Source of the DNA: an uncultured Nitrospiraceae bacterium
GTDB taxonomy: Bacteria; Nitrospirota; Nitrospiria; Nitrospirales; Nitrospiraceae
NCBI GenBank assembly: GCA_963846575.1
Contig: CAWJWJ010000002.1
Location: forward strand, 2,624,001-2,688,000
Direction of reading: 5' to 3'
Length of the DNA: 64,000 nucleotides
Program-made: the position numbers and the translations under genes
The notes under the pieces: generated by a model
The model's database searches: none
What the model was told of the DNA's origin: nothing
The model's input: the letters and a program-made list of their open reading frames with translations, nothing else
Shown: one piece after another, positions 39,893 to 49,817 of the stretch
Numbering within the stretch: position 1 is the stretch's first letter
How the letters are laid out: each line of letters begins with the position of its first letter

Positions 39893-41320
39893 CTACCGCT
39901 CCCGCAAGCTTTCCTGCATCGACTTCAGTAACGGACTCAGCAGATACTCGATCACTCGTCGCTGGCCGGTTTTGACCTCCACTGTCACCGCCATCCCAGG
40001 CGTGAGGTGGACGGTCTTCCCTTCCACATGGAGTGTCGGGTGGTCAAGGCTGATTCGACTGGCATAGATTAAACCGCCTTGCTCTTTCTCCAACGGTACC
40101 GCATCATCCGAGACGGTCAAAACTTTTCCCGGAACGGTGCCGTAGAGAGTAAACGGAAAGGTTTCAATTTTGATTTCCACCGGCTGCCCTTCCCTTACAA
40201 ACCCGATGTCTTTGTTTTCAAAGCGTGCTTCAACTTCGACGGAGTGGTCCTGCGGCACGACGATGAGCAAGGGTTGCGCGGGGGTCACCACCCCACCGAC
40301 CGTATGCACCGCCAGCTGCTGGACGACCCCTTCGATCGGCGATACCAATTTCTGTAAGTCAGTACGCTGTTCTGCCTTTCGCACCTCCTGAAGCAGCGAT
40401 GCAGCTTTCGTTTCGGTAGTGGACAGCTCGGCCTGTTTGGTCTGCTGAAACTCCGAGACGAGCGCATAGTAATTTTGCTCCGCCTCGGCCAACGCTGCCT
40501 GATCTTGCCTTAGTTTGCTTTTCTGCCCGGCCCACTCCTGCGCTTTGTCGATGCGCTGCTGCTCAAACTGGAGATAGTCCATCTTCGACACATATTGCTG
40601 CGCGAGCAACGTGCGATAGGCCTTGGCTCGCTCAGCCTCTATCGGGACAGTAGCTTCGAGACGTCGAAGATTATCTTTGGTGGCCTCCACTGCGGCTTTG
40701 CGCTGACCAATGAGATGACGTGCGGCATCCACTCGCGCAGAAAATTCCGTCATCTGATCACGCAACAGTTGTTGTTGCAGCATTACGAACTGTGGGGCGG
40801 CATCAGCGGGTGGAGGGAAGTTGAAGCGCCCGTCAATCAAGGCTCGCAAGCGAGCGGCTTCGACCAGGGTCGCGCGATACTCGTTAGTGGCCCGGTCGCG
40901 GTCTGCACTGTTTTGGGTTTCATCCAGTTCAATCAGGATCTCGCCTTGATGAACCGTCTGGCCATCTTGCACGTGAATGGCAGTGATAACTCCGTTCTCG
41001 AACGGCTGAATTGTTTTGGAATGGCCGCTGGGAATAATCCTCCCGGGAGCCACCGCCACAATATCGATGACACTGAGGGACGACCAGATGCACGCCGTCG
41101 TGAACACCATCAGGATGGTCCATAGAATCGCTCGGCCGATTGGCGAAGGCGGCGCATGTTCAATTTCAAGCACTGCCGGCAGGAATTCAGTTGTATCGCC
41201 GTAGGAGGTTGCTCCTATCGGGAGCGTCTCCGCAGCTTGCCATGCAGCACGCCACGCTGCCAAATGTCGCAACAAACTGTATCGCATCCTCATCGTTCTC
41301 TCAGTTGTTTGCCGGGTCAC
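39893..41320 (-). CDS. HlyD-family type I secretion membrane fusion protein
   Basis: EFLPAVLEI, TM, lipoyl-like halves, SPIEGVVQQL.VHTVGGVV, FPFTLYG, LTPGMAVTVEVKTG.RR.IEYLLSP. Confidence 0.95.
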   Translation of the reverse strand: MTRQTTERTMRMRYSLLRHLAAWRAAWQAAETLPIGATSYGDTTEFLPAVLEIEHAPPSPIGRAILWTILMVFTTACIWSSLSVIDIVAVAPGRIIPSGHSKTIQPFENGVITAIHVQDGQTVHQGEILIELDETQNSADRDRATNEYRATLVEAARLRALIDGRFNFPPPADAAPQFVMLQQQLLRDQMTEFSARVDAARHLIGQRKAAVEATKDNLRRLEATVPIEAERAKAYRTLLAQQYVSKMDYLQFEQQRIDKAQEWAGQKSKLRQDQAALAEAEQNYYALVSEFQQTKQAELSTTETKAASLLQEVRKAEQRTDLQKLVSPIEGVVQQLAVHTVGGVVTPAQPLLIVVPQDHSVEVEARFENKDIGFVREGQPVEIKIETFPFTLYGTVPGKVLTVSDDAVPLEKEQGGLIYASRISLDHPTLHVEGKTVHLTPGMAVTVEVKTGQRRVIEYLLSPLLKSMQESLRER

Positions 41321-41384
41321 CCCGCTGCATCGGCAGATTAAGGTCCGCTTATTCCTCCGCTACACAGCCATTGCATCACTCAAC

Positions 41385-43553
41385 CTATGCCGCGGCCGAC
41401 TGTCCACCCTGATATCTATGGAGCCGGGCGTATAGCCCATTCCGCTTGAGGAGGTCGTCGTGGGTGCCATCTTCAAGGAGCTGCCCCTTCTCGAGCACAA
41501 AGATTCGATGAGATGCGCGAACCGTACTGAGTCGATGGGCAATGATGACGACCGTGCGCCCCTTGCAGATCTGCGCCATGTTTTGCTGGATGATCGCTTC
41601 AGACTCATAGTCCAATGCACTTGTGGCTTCATCGAAGATGAGGATGCGTGGATTGGCCACCAGCGCCCTGGCGATGGCGATCCGTTGTCGCTGGCCGCCG
41701 GATAGGGTACAGCCGTGCTCGCCAACAACCGTATCGTACCCTTGAGGAAGTTCAAGGATGAACTCGTGGGCACCCGCCAATTTCGCGGCGTTCATGACTC
41801 GATCCATGGAAAGACCTGGATCCGTCAGCGCGATGTTGTCACGCACTGATCGGTTGAATAGAAAGTTTTCCTGTAGGACCACCCCGACCTGACGCCGCAG
41901 CCAGGCCGGATCGACCTGAGCAAGATCAACTCCATCTACCAACACACGGCCTCGTTCCGGTACATACAGGCGTTGCATTAACTTCGCGATAGTACTCTTC
42001 CCGGAGCCTGACCGTCCCACCATCCCTATAACCTGACCGGGTTGTAATGTGAGCGAAACCTGCTGGAGGACCACTGGTCCGTCAGGACGATAGCGAAAAG
42101 TGACATCGTCAAACACAATCTGCCCGGAAATCTTTGGCAAAGTCGTGCGGTTCGGGTTGTAGGACGGCTCCGGCCTGGTGTTCAGCAGATCCCCCAATCG
42201 TTGCATCGAAAGACCCACCTGCTGAAATTCCTGCCAAAGGTTTACCATTCGCAACAAAGGACCGGTGACTTGGGCTGACAGCATGTTGAATGCGATCAGC
42301 CCACCGATACTCAAAACTCCATCGATGACCTGATATGCTCCGACCCACATAAGGGCGATCGTCGTGGACTTCTGGATAAAGATTCCCACCTGTCCGGCCA
42401 CAGTGATGAGACTGGTGGCGCGGAAACTCGCTCGCACATATTCGGCCAGCTGTTCATCCCAGCGACGTTGTAATGGCGGCTCAACGGCCAGAGCCTTCAC
42501 GGTTTGAATGCCGCTCACGGCCTCCACAAGAAACGACTGGTTCTCCGCACCGCGGTTGAATTTTTCATTGAGCCGCAGACGAATGGTCGGTGTGATGACT
42601 ACTGACAGAATGGCATAGAGCGGAAGGGACGCCATCACCACCAATGTCAGCAGAGAACTGTAGATCCACATCACCCCCAAAAATATGACGGTGAACGCAA
42701 CATCCAGCACAACCGTCACAGAGTTGCTGGTAATAAACTGGCGAATCTGTTCGAGTTCGCGCACTCGCGCGACCGTATCGCCGACGCGTCGGGCCTCGAA
42801 ATAGGCGATCGGAAGCGCCAAAAGATGCCGGAATAGCTGTGCACCAAGCCCCACGTCGATCCGGTTGGTGGTGTGAGCAAACAGGTACGTGCGCAACCCT
42901 CCGAGTAGGGCATCGAACAGGGCTAGTGCGACCATCCCGATACCTAACACGTGCAACGTTGTAAAGCCCTTGTGTACCAATACCTTGTCTATGACAACTT
43001 GCGTAAAGAGCGGTGTGAGCAGTGCGAACAGCTGAAGGAAGAACGAAGCCAGCAATACTTCACCTAGGAGCCTTCGATACTTAACCACGGCTGGTATGAA
43101 CCACGTGATATCGAAAACAAGATCTTGTGCCCTCAGGCCGGCACGTTTCGTAGCAAGCAACAGTCTACCGCTCCACGTCGCCATGAATTCTTCCTTGGAT
43201 TGAACTTGTGGTCGCGGTTCCAGTGGATCCTGGATTAACACATTGTTGGCCTCTACCTTCGCCAACACAATGTACTGCCCGTTGACCCTCTGAGCGATGG
43301 TTGGAAACGGTGTCGCCTTCAGGTCCTTCCATGTGGCAGTCACCAGGCCAGCCTTCAACCCCACATGTTTCGCCGCACGTAACAGTTCCTGTGGTGTCAG
43401 TATCTGACCGGACTGCCCGTATTGATGTGCAATCTGTCCGGCATCCACATACAGGTCATGAAATCGCGCGAGCACCAGCAGGCACAACAATCCTGTATCC
43501 GGAAAGGGTTGGGGCCTGGAACAAGGGTCTGGACGGCACACAGCGGCTTCCAT
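41385..43553 (-). CDS. HlyB-family type I secretion ABC transporter (C39-like domain + TMD + NBD)
   Basis: DTGLLCL inactive C39-like N-terminus, WFIPAVVKYRR, GRSGSGKST, LSGGQRQR, DEATSALD. Confidence 0.95.
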   Translation of the reverse strand: MEAAVCRPDPCSRPQPFPDTGLLCLLVLARFHDLYVDAGQIAHQYGQSGQILTPQELLRAAKHVGLKAGLVTATWKDLKATPFPTIAQRVNGQYIVLAKVEANNVLIQDPLEPRPQVQSKEEFMATWSGRLLLATKRAGLRAQDLVFDITWFIPAVVKYRRLLGEVLLASFFLQLFALLTPLFTQVVIDKVLVHKGFTTLHVLGIGMVALALFDALLGGLRTYLFAHTTNRIDVGLGAQLFRHLLALPIAYFEARRVGDTVARVRELEQIRQFITSNSVTVVLDVAFTVIFLGVMWIYSSLLTLVVMASLPLYAILSVVITPTIRLRLNEKFNRGAENQSFLVEAVSGIQTVKALAVEPPLQRRWDEQLAEYVRASFRATSLITVAGQVGIFIQKSTTIALMWVGAYQVIDGVLSIGGLIAFNMLSAQVTGPLLRMVNLWQEFQQVGLSMQRLGDLLNTRPEPSYNPNRTTLPKISGQIVFDDVTFRYRPDGPVVLQQVSLTLQPGQVIGMVGRSGSGKSTIAKLMQRLYVPERGRVLVDGVDLAQVDPAWLRRQVGVVLQENFLFNRSVRDNIALTDPGLSMDRVMNAAKLAGAHEFILELPQGYDTVVGEHGCTLSGGQRQRIAIARALVANPRILIFDEATSALDYESEAIIQQNMAQICKGRTVVIIAHRLSTVRASHRIFVLEKGQLLEDGTHDDLLKRNGLYARLHRYQGGQSAAA

Positions 43554-43575
43554 GGATGAACTGTAAATAGAGCGG

Positions 43576-43911
43576 CTAAGATTGTTTCGGCTTAGGAGGT
43601 TGGAGAGAGCCCAGCATCTGCTGGAGTTGCTGATTGAGCCGAATTGCGGAAGGAAGAGGCAAGGAGACACCTGCTGCTTTGGTGCCATTTAGCTGCTGGG
43701 GTATTGCTTCGCCTTGTTTAACACGTCGAGCGACAAGGCCCAACAAAGCAGGTTCAAGAACCCCAAACTCGACGTATGCAAGTCCTTTGTCTATACCGAC
43801 ATGAGTGTAGTTGACCAGCTGCGGACGCTCATGCTCCCCGCCTGGCTTCAGCCAAACATTAACCGCGGTTGCCTTATCGCTATTCCACTGGGAAAGATTA
43901 CCTACCACCAT
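43576..43911 (-). CDS. Small hypothetical protein (DUF3467-like pattern)
   Basis: AGGAGG RBS before ATG 43911; NYTHVG..YVEFG..EP...VSLPLPSAIRLNQQL resembles the DUF3467 layout (recall only). Confidence 0.65.
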   Translation of the reverse strand: MVVGNLSQWNSDKATAVNVWLKPGGEHERPQLVNYTHVGIDKGLAYVEFGVLEPALLGLVARRVKQGEAIPQQLNGTKAAGVSLPLPSAIRLNQQLQQMLGSLQPPKPKQS

Positions 43912-44270
43912 GCTATCCCTCCTGCGATCTAGCTTTTGACATTCCTCCGTCATTTCGTGAGCCGAACAAGAGCTCAGGACAATAGGGCGCAGAATAGGGG
44001 CAGACTAGTTGAACCGCTATTCCTCGATGGCGGGGAAGGTATTAAGGCTTACGTAGCAGAAGATCCAGAACGACAAGGACTGACGAAGATTAGGTATCAG
44101 AACTTCAGGGAGTAAGCCTGTAGGGTCAGCTGACCACTGTGAGCGTGGTTTCATGGCGTCCCGTGGCTCCATTGAGAGCCGGGTCCTGCTCAATCGAGAT
44201 TCATGAGGCGGCGGAAAGCGGAACGTCGAGTGACGTAAGAACCAAACGTCCTCCCCCTCGTCTGTCCTGA

Positions 44271-44530
44271 TCAGAACCCGGCATGTCGGAAGGCGAGAAC
44301 CTGAATCAGGTGCCGCAGGCCTCGCAACATCATCCCGTGGTTTAGCGCATCGACCCGCAACCTGCTCTTGACGACCGCCTCAGTCCAGCCCGTTTGAGCA
44401 TGGTACCCCTTATACTCCCGCTCAACGACCTCGATCTCCGTGAGCCACTGCACGCTCTTCATGCCACAACTACCAGACACGATGACCCATGCCAGGAACC
44501 TGTGCCTAACGGAAGTGTCACCGCTCTTTC
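44271..44530 (-). pseudogene. Decayed fragment of a sulfite-oxidase-family molybdopterin oxidoreductase
   Basis: Reads TLPLG/HxFLAWVIVSGSCGMKSVQWLTEIEVVEREYKGYHAQTGWT versus the family motif LP..HGFP.R..VPG.YGMK.VKWL..I...GYW...GW; no start, frameshifted. Confidence 0.7.
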
Positions 44531-44595
44531 ATCGTCCGTCTCCCTGGATGCAGCAGTGGTTGCCCTGCCGGTCCGTCAGTCGGGCGAAGAAATTC

Positions 44596-45654
44596 TTACG
44601 TGTGGTTAGTGGGCGGAGGAATACCGGATTCAGGTTTGACGGGTCCCCAGAAGAGGCGGTGAATCCAGACTTGATAACTAATCACGATGGTGATGCCGAT
44701 CGTAAACCACCAGAACGCGGCCTCGAGCCCATGGGTTCCGGCTGAGGCGTTGCCGGCCGTCAGACTGTACGCCGAATCGGTCGTGGAGATGAGGAGATTG
44801 GGGTACGATCCCCAGGCCACAGAGGCCAGCAGGCCGAGCAAAAATAGACTCGAGGCAGCAAAGGCGGCGACATCCCGATCACGTCGTCTGAAGAGGACCA
44901 GGGCGGCCAAGGCCGTTAACGCCGTCAGCGGGAGGGCATACCCGATGGGATGCGCGTCGTAATTGATCCGGTAGGAGGGTTGTATGTAATGGATGGACAG
45001 AAGGACCAGCGGGACGGACGCCGCCGCGGCATACCCGCTCCGCGCGGCCAACGATCGCGCCCGCGCCTGCAGGGCACCCGTGGTTTTCATGGCCAGATAG
45101 TTGGCCCCGTGCGCCGTCAGCATCGCGACGCTCGCGACCGCCAGCAGCACCGTGAACCAGTCGAGAATGCCCGGTTTGGGCCCAGGGGTGAAATCAGTCC
45201 ACAGGGCGACGAAAAAGTATCCGTCCTCGTCCAAGGGCACCCCACGAATCAGGTTGCCCAGCGCCGCACCGAAAACGATCGCCAGCAACGCGCTGGACGC
45301 TGCGAAGGACACATCCCAGAAGTCTCTCCAGAGGGGATGGTCCAGATGGGACCGCAGCTCGAAGGCCAGGCCGCGGCCGATCAGCAGCCAGAGCACAAGG
45401 GTGAGCGCCAGATAAAAGCCGCTGAATCCCGACGCGTAGGCCCTGGGAAAGGCCAGAAAGAGCACGGCGCCGCCGGCGATCAGCCAGACCTCGTTGCCGC
45501 TCCAGACCGGGCCGATCGCCGCCAACGCCATGCGCCGTTCCGCCTCGGTCCGCGCGATGAAGGAGTAGACCATGCCGACGCCGAAATCGTACCCGTCGAG
45601 CACGACATACAGGGCCAGCATCAGGGTGACGGCGCTATACCAGAAGAGTTCCAT
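44596..45654 (-). CDS. cydB: Cytochrome bd ubiquinol oxidase subunit II
   Basis: LDGYDFGVG, IGPVWSGNEVWL, AFP.AY, RGLAFELR. Confidence 0.95.
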   Translation of the reverse strand: MELFWYSAVTLMLALYVVLDGYDFGVGMVYSFIARTEAERRMALAAIGPVWSGNEVWLIAGGAVLFLAFPRAYASGFSGFYLALTLVLWLLIGRGLAFELRSHLDHPLWRDFWDVSFAASSALLAIVFGAALGNLIRGVPLDEDGYFFVALWTDFTPGPKPGILDWFTVLLAVASVAMLTAHGANYLAMKTTGALQARARSLAARSGYAAAASVPLVLLSIHYIQPSYRINYDAHPIGYALPLTALTALAALVLFRRRDRDVAAFAASSLFLLGLLASVAWGSYPNLLISTTDSAYSLTAGNASAGTHGLEAAFWWFTIGITIVISYQVWIHRLFWGPVKPESGIPPPTNHT

Positions 45655-45670
45655 CCCGTTCGATCCTTCA

Positions 45671-47032
45671 CTAAGCCGGTTGAGCGGCGCCCTCGCCAGG
45701 CGCGGGACGAGCTTCCGCCGCCGGGCCGTGCCGTAGCGTTTCAGCGAACAGGAAGAGAAAAAGCAGGCCCAAGAACAGATAGAGCCCGAGAAAGCCGATG
45801 AGGGTAAAGAGCGCGTTCCCCGAATGAACCAGGGGCGAGATCCCGTCGGCCGTGTGAAGCAGCCCGTACACCAGCCAGGGCTGACGGCCCAACTCGGCGG
45901 TCATCCAGCCGGCCGTGGTGGCAATATAGGGAAACGGTACGCTGAGCATGATCAGCCACAGCAGCCATTTGGCCTTGAAGAGCCGTCCCCGCCACAAATA
46001 CATCAGCGCGAGCCCCATGACTGCCAGGAGTATCGTCCCGAGGCCGGCCATAATGTGGTACGCGTAATAGAGCAGCGGAATATTGTCCGGCCACTCCCGC
46101 TGAGCGAACACGTTCAGCCCCTTCACGTGGGCATAGAGGTCGTAATACACGAGTAGGCTCAGCGCCGACGGCAGGACGAGCGGGTTGTCGATCGTCATGG
46201 TCTCCATGTTCGGCTGCCCGATCAACAGGATATCGGCTCCCCGCTCGGTGCGGAACAGCCCCTCGAAGGCCGCGCCCTTGATCGGCTGGAACTCGAACAC
46301 CTGCCGCGCGCTCTCATGGCCGGTGGGCGTGATCATCAAGACCGAGGCGATGGCTCCCACCACGACGCCGGTCCGAAGAAAGGTCCTGGCATGGGCGAGG
46401 TGTTGCCCCGACAGGAGATAAAACGCCCCCACCGCCGCCATCACGACCGAGGCGGTCACCACCGCGGCGGTCATGTTGTGGGCAAATTGCCAGAACAGCC
46501 ATGGATTGGTCAGCAGTCCCGTGAGACTCTCGATCAGCAGGCGTCCATCCTCGGCCACGCGATAGGCCACCGGATGCTGCATCCAGGCATTCGTCGCCAG
46601 AATGAAGTAGCCGGACAACCACGAGCCCAGGAAGAGCATGAAGGCCGCCACCCATTGAAGGCGCCGGCTGAACCGCTTCTCACCGAACAGCAGAATGCCG
46701 AGGAAGGAGGATTCGAGAAAAAATGCGAACACGCCCTCCATGGCGAGGGTTTGCCCGAGGATTCCGCCGGCATAGTTGGAGAACTTCGCCCAGTTGGTGC
46801 CGAATTGAAATTCCAACGGGATGCCGGTCACCACTCCGAAGGCGAAGCTCAACGCGAAAATGCCCGTCCAGAATCTCGCGACCCGGTGATAATGGTCATC
46901 CACGCTCCAGAGATCCCTGGTCCTGAAATAGACCAGCAGCAGGGCCAGGCCCATCGTCAGTTGCGGAAACAGGTAGTGGAAGCTGGCTGTGACGGCAAAC
47001 TGCAACCGGTCGTAAAGTATTGCGCTCTCCAT
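45671..47032 (-). CDS. cydA: Cytochrome bd ubiquinol oxidase subunit I (short Q-loop)
   Basis: FHYLFP, GVVTG.P.EFQFGTNW, EGVFAFFLESSF, NAWMQHP, FAHN, HIMAGLG, ELGRQPW. Confidence 0.96.
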   Translation of the reverse strand: MESAILYDRLQFAVTASFHYLFPQLTMGLALLLVYFRTRDLWSVDDHYHRVARFWTGIFALSFAFGVVTGIPLEFQFGTNWAKFSNYAGGILGQTLAMEGVFAFFLESSFLGILLFGEKRFSRRLQWVAAFMLFLGSWLSGYFILATNAWMQHPVAYRVAEDGRLLIESLTGLLTNPWLFWQFAHNMTAAVVTASVVMAAVGAFYLLSGQHLAHARTFLRTGVVVGAIASVLMITPTGHESARQVFEFQPIKGAAFEGLFRTERGADILLIGQPNMETMTIDNPLVLPSALSLLVYYDLYAHVKGLNVFAQREWPDNIPLLYYAYHIMAGLGTILLAVMGLALMYLWRGRLFKAKWLLWLIMLSVPFPYIATTAGWMTAELGRQPWLVYGLLHTADGISPLVHSGNALFTLIGFLGLYLFLGLLFLFLFAETLRHGPAAEARPAPGEGAAQPA

Positions 47033-47459
47033 GACTCCTCTCGCCCTGACATCTCGGTCCCACAGGGCCCGTGGTCACTCGGTACGTGGTACCCATCATA
47101 GATGGGTTTCATTATACCGGCCAAATCGGAACAAGTGTCATGGATCTTGGGAAATGACCGCCGGATTGCGCTCTCTGTGTCCTGCGTATTTTGTCGTGCC
47201 AGGAACGCCTGCCGCAGACGATCGCGCCGTCCTTGGTTCATCTCCGGCCGAGGCAGGAGCCTCAAGAGATCGCGCATACAGGTCACTGCGTCACAACGAC
47301 TCCCAGAAATCCTGGGCCCGTATGCGCAGCAGCCCAGGCCATAGACCTTGCAACAACCGTAGGGCATTACATCAAGCGATGCATCCGAATGAGATTATCG
47401 TCCGTAGGAGATGGTAAGGTACATGATCAATACAACCGGTTCAAACCAAAGGAGGCCAT

Positions 47460-47822
47460 ATGGAGATGATGAGACGGATAGGAATGGTGGGGTTGGGGAT
47501 TGCGTTTCTGGGAGCGCTTTCCGGAGTCCCCGTCTTCGCCGCGGATAAGGCGAAGGCGCCGATCGCGGACGGTTCGAAGGTCATGATTACGTCTCCGAAG
47601 GATGGGGACAAGGTGAGCAATCCCTTTGACTTGAAATACGAACTGACCAAGGGCTCGCAAGCGGCTCATGCCCACGTGTACCTGGATGATCAGTACCAGA
47701 AAGGCTTCAAGGGAACGTTCAAGGACCTGCCCAAAGGGACGCACAAGATTACCGTGACCGGAGCCACAAAGGATCACGACCTGGTCGACGCCAGCCAGAC
47801 CATTCACGTCGAGGTGCAGTAA
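47460..47822 (+). CDS. Small exported His-containing Ig-like protein (DUF4399-like)
   Basis: AAGGAGG RBS, signal peptide (VFA/ADK), ITSPKDG, HAHVYLD, LPKGTHKITV, DH. Confidence 0.8.
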   Translation: MEMMRRIGMVGLGIAFLGALSGVPVFAADKAKAPIADGSKVMITSPKDGDKVSNPFDLKYELTKGSQAAHAHVYLDDQYQKGFKGTFKDLPKGTHKITVTGATKDHDLVDASQTIHVEVQ

Positions 47823-47841
47823 CCAGCGATCAGCCCGGATT

Positions 47842-47876
47842 GCGTCGGGGTTTCTTGAACAAGAGACCCCGGCGCG
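47842..47876 (+). terminator. Stem-loop after the 47460-47822 gene
   Basis: GCGTCGGGGTTTCTTG-AA-CAAGAGACCCCGGCGC, long stem with G-U pairs; no clear U tract. Confidence 0.55.
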
Positions 47877-48203
47877 CCGGGTCCAAAAGGCTGCTTCAGA
47901 GCCTTCGCGAAAGACCGGCGGTACGGCGTATCTCTGAGCTTGCATATCTTCAAGCTGAGTGACCACGACTTCGATGGTAAAGTTCCCTCCCCTCCTTCCA
48001 TACTTCGTCAATGGAATGCAATGCTCAGCACCTGTCCCTTGGCTTGACTCTTTTCCTTCCGGAACGTAGCCTTCTCTCACGATCGTTCTGGTCTCGTCTC
48101 TGCCCTTTGGCGCTGCATGAAATGGATGAAGGTGGTGATGCTCTCTATCGTCACTAGGAGTCCAGCCATTCGATCACGGATCCGCTTGATGTCAGGAGCC
48201 CCA

Positions 48204-48938
48204 ATGACACGCGATGACTCATCTATGGGACGTCTCCTTTCCCGCCGTCAAATGGTTTCACTACTCGGCAGCACCGGCGCGCTGTGGCTGATGGGCGGCA
48301 GTCTGTTTTCTCGGCATTCAACTGCGGGCATGCCATTCGCCTCCTGCGTGGTCAGACCGGAGCAAACCGAAGGACCCTATTTCGTCGATGAGCGATTGAA
48401 TCGCTCCGACATCCGGTCAGACCCGGCGAACGGACAAGTCAAACCCGGCACGCCCCTGGCGCTGACGCTACAGATATCACGGGTTGGCTCAGGCAATTGT
48501 CAGCCATTGGCCGCCGCCCTGGTGGACATCTGGCACTGCGATGCGCTGGGGGTCTATTCGGATGTGCAGGATGCCGGCTTCAATACCGTCGGCCAGAAGT
48601 TCTTGCGCGGCTATCAACTGACGGACTCTCAGGGCGAAGCCCGGTTCGTCACCATTTATCCCGGTTGGTATGTGGGCCGGACCGTGCACGTCCACGTGAA
48701 AGTTCGCACTGCATTCGCAGCCGGGCGGAGCTATGAATTTACGTCGCAGCTGTACTTTGACGACGGACTGACAGAGCGCGTGTACGCCGATCAACCCTAT
48801 GCCGCAAAAGGCCGGCGCAAGGCACGGAATCAGGATGATCGCCTCTTCCGGCGCGGCGGAGATCAACTCATGCTCGCGCCCACACCCACGACCGACGGGT
48901 ATGCGGCCACGTTCGGGATCGGCCTGCACATTCCTTGA
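48204..48938 (+). CDS. Tat-exported intradiol ring-cleavage dioxygenase-like protein
   Basis: CAGGAG RBS; SRRQMV twin-arginine leader; EGPYF, VDIWHCDA.GVYS, LRGYQ.TD, YPGWY.GRTVHVH, TSQLYF. Confidence 0.88.
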   Translation: MTRDDSSMGRLLSRRQMVSLLGSTGALWLMGGSLFSRHSTAGMPFASCVVRPEQTEGPYFVDERLNRSDIRSDPANGQVKPGTPLALTLQISRVGSGNCQPLAAALVDIWHCDALGVYSDVQDAGFNTVGQKFLRGYQLTDSQGEARFVTIYPGWYVGRTVHVHVKVRTAFAAGRSYEFTSQLYFDDGLTERVYADQPYAAKGRRKARNQDDRLFRRGGDQLMLAPTPTTDGYAATFGIGLHIP

Positions 48939-49199
48939 TCACCACTCAATAGCCATGCGTTCCCTTCCCGGACAGGGCATACCTGAAACCCCGTATCACA
49001 GTCATCAAGGATCATGATGGTGGCGGCCTTGAATTTGTATAATGGTGTCATGACGCCCCCCCTATCCGTCTGGTTGATCCAAGTATGCCGGTAGACATCG
49101 CCGGGAATCCCAGGGATTCAACCGATAGGGTGCAAATCCGCGTGAGACGCCATCTACCATCGACGATGACAACCTTTTACCCTTCCGCCCGAGGACCCT

Positions 49200-49817
49200 A
49201 TGGATGAACGCTGTCACCACACGCCTGAGAGATCACCAATGAGAACACTTGCAAATGGCCTGAACGGTTCATGCCTGACGCTGGCGACCGCGGCCCTCTG
49301 CCTACTCCTGTCCGCATGCGCAGGAGTGGACCGGAAAGACACGTTAGCCACCGTGGAGTCGGTGGATCTTGATCGCTATGCCGGCACCTGGTACGAGATC
49401 GCCCGTTTGCCGATGTATTTCCAACGACATTGCCTGCATTCCAAGGCGGTGTACACTACCCGCCCCGATGGCACGATGGGTGTGCACAATGAATGTACGA
49501 CCGATCGAGGAGGAGTTGAACGGGTCGAGGGCGTGGCAACGGTCATCGATGCGACGACGAATGCCCGGCTCACCGTGGTATTCGACAATTTCTTTGCCCG
49601 GCTTTTCGGTTCGTCGAGGGAAGGGAACTATTGGATTCTGGATCTCGACCCCGAGTACCGGACGGCGATGGTGGGGACACCCGACCGTCGCTTTCTCTGG
49701 ATCCTCTCGCGTGCTTCGCAACTCGATGAATCCAGCTATCAACGCCTGGTGGAGAAGGCCCGGCAAATGGGATTCCCCGCGTCGAAACTCATTCGCGACC
49801 GGCGGCCGGCATCATGA
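49200..49817 (+). CDS. blc: Outer-membrane lipocalin
   Basis: LLSAC lipobox; VDLDRYAGTWYEIARLP, YWIL.LD, LWILSR. Confidence 0.9.
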   Translation: MDERCHHTPERSPMRTLANGLNGSCLTLATAALCLLLSACAGVDRKDTLATVESVDLDRYAGTWYEIARLPMYFQRHCLHSKAVYTTRPDGTMGVHNECTTDRGGVERVEGVATVIDATTNARLTVVFDNFFARLFGSSREGNYWILDLDPEYRTAMVGTPDRRFLWILSRASQLDESSYQRLVEKARQMGFPASKLIRDRRPAS

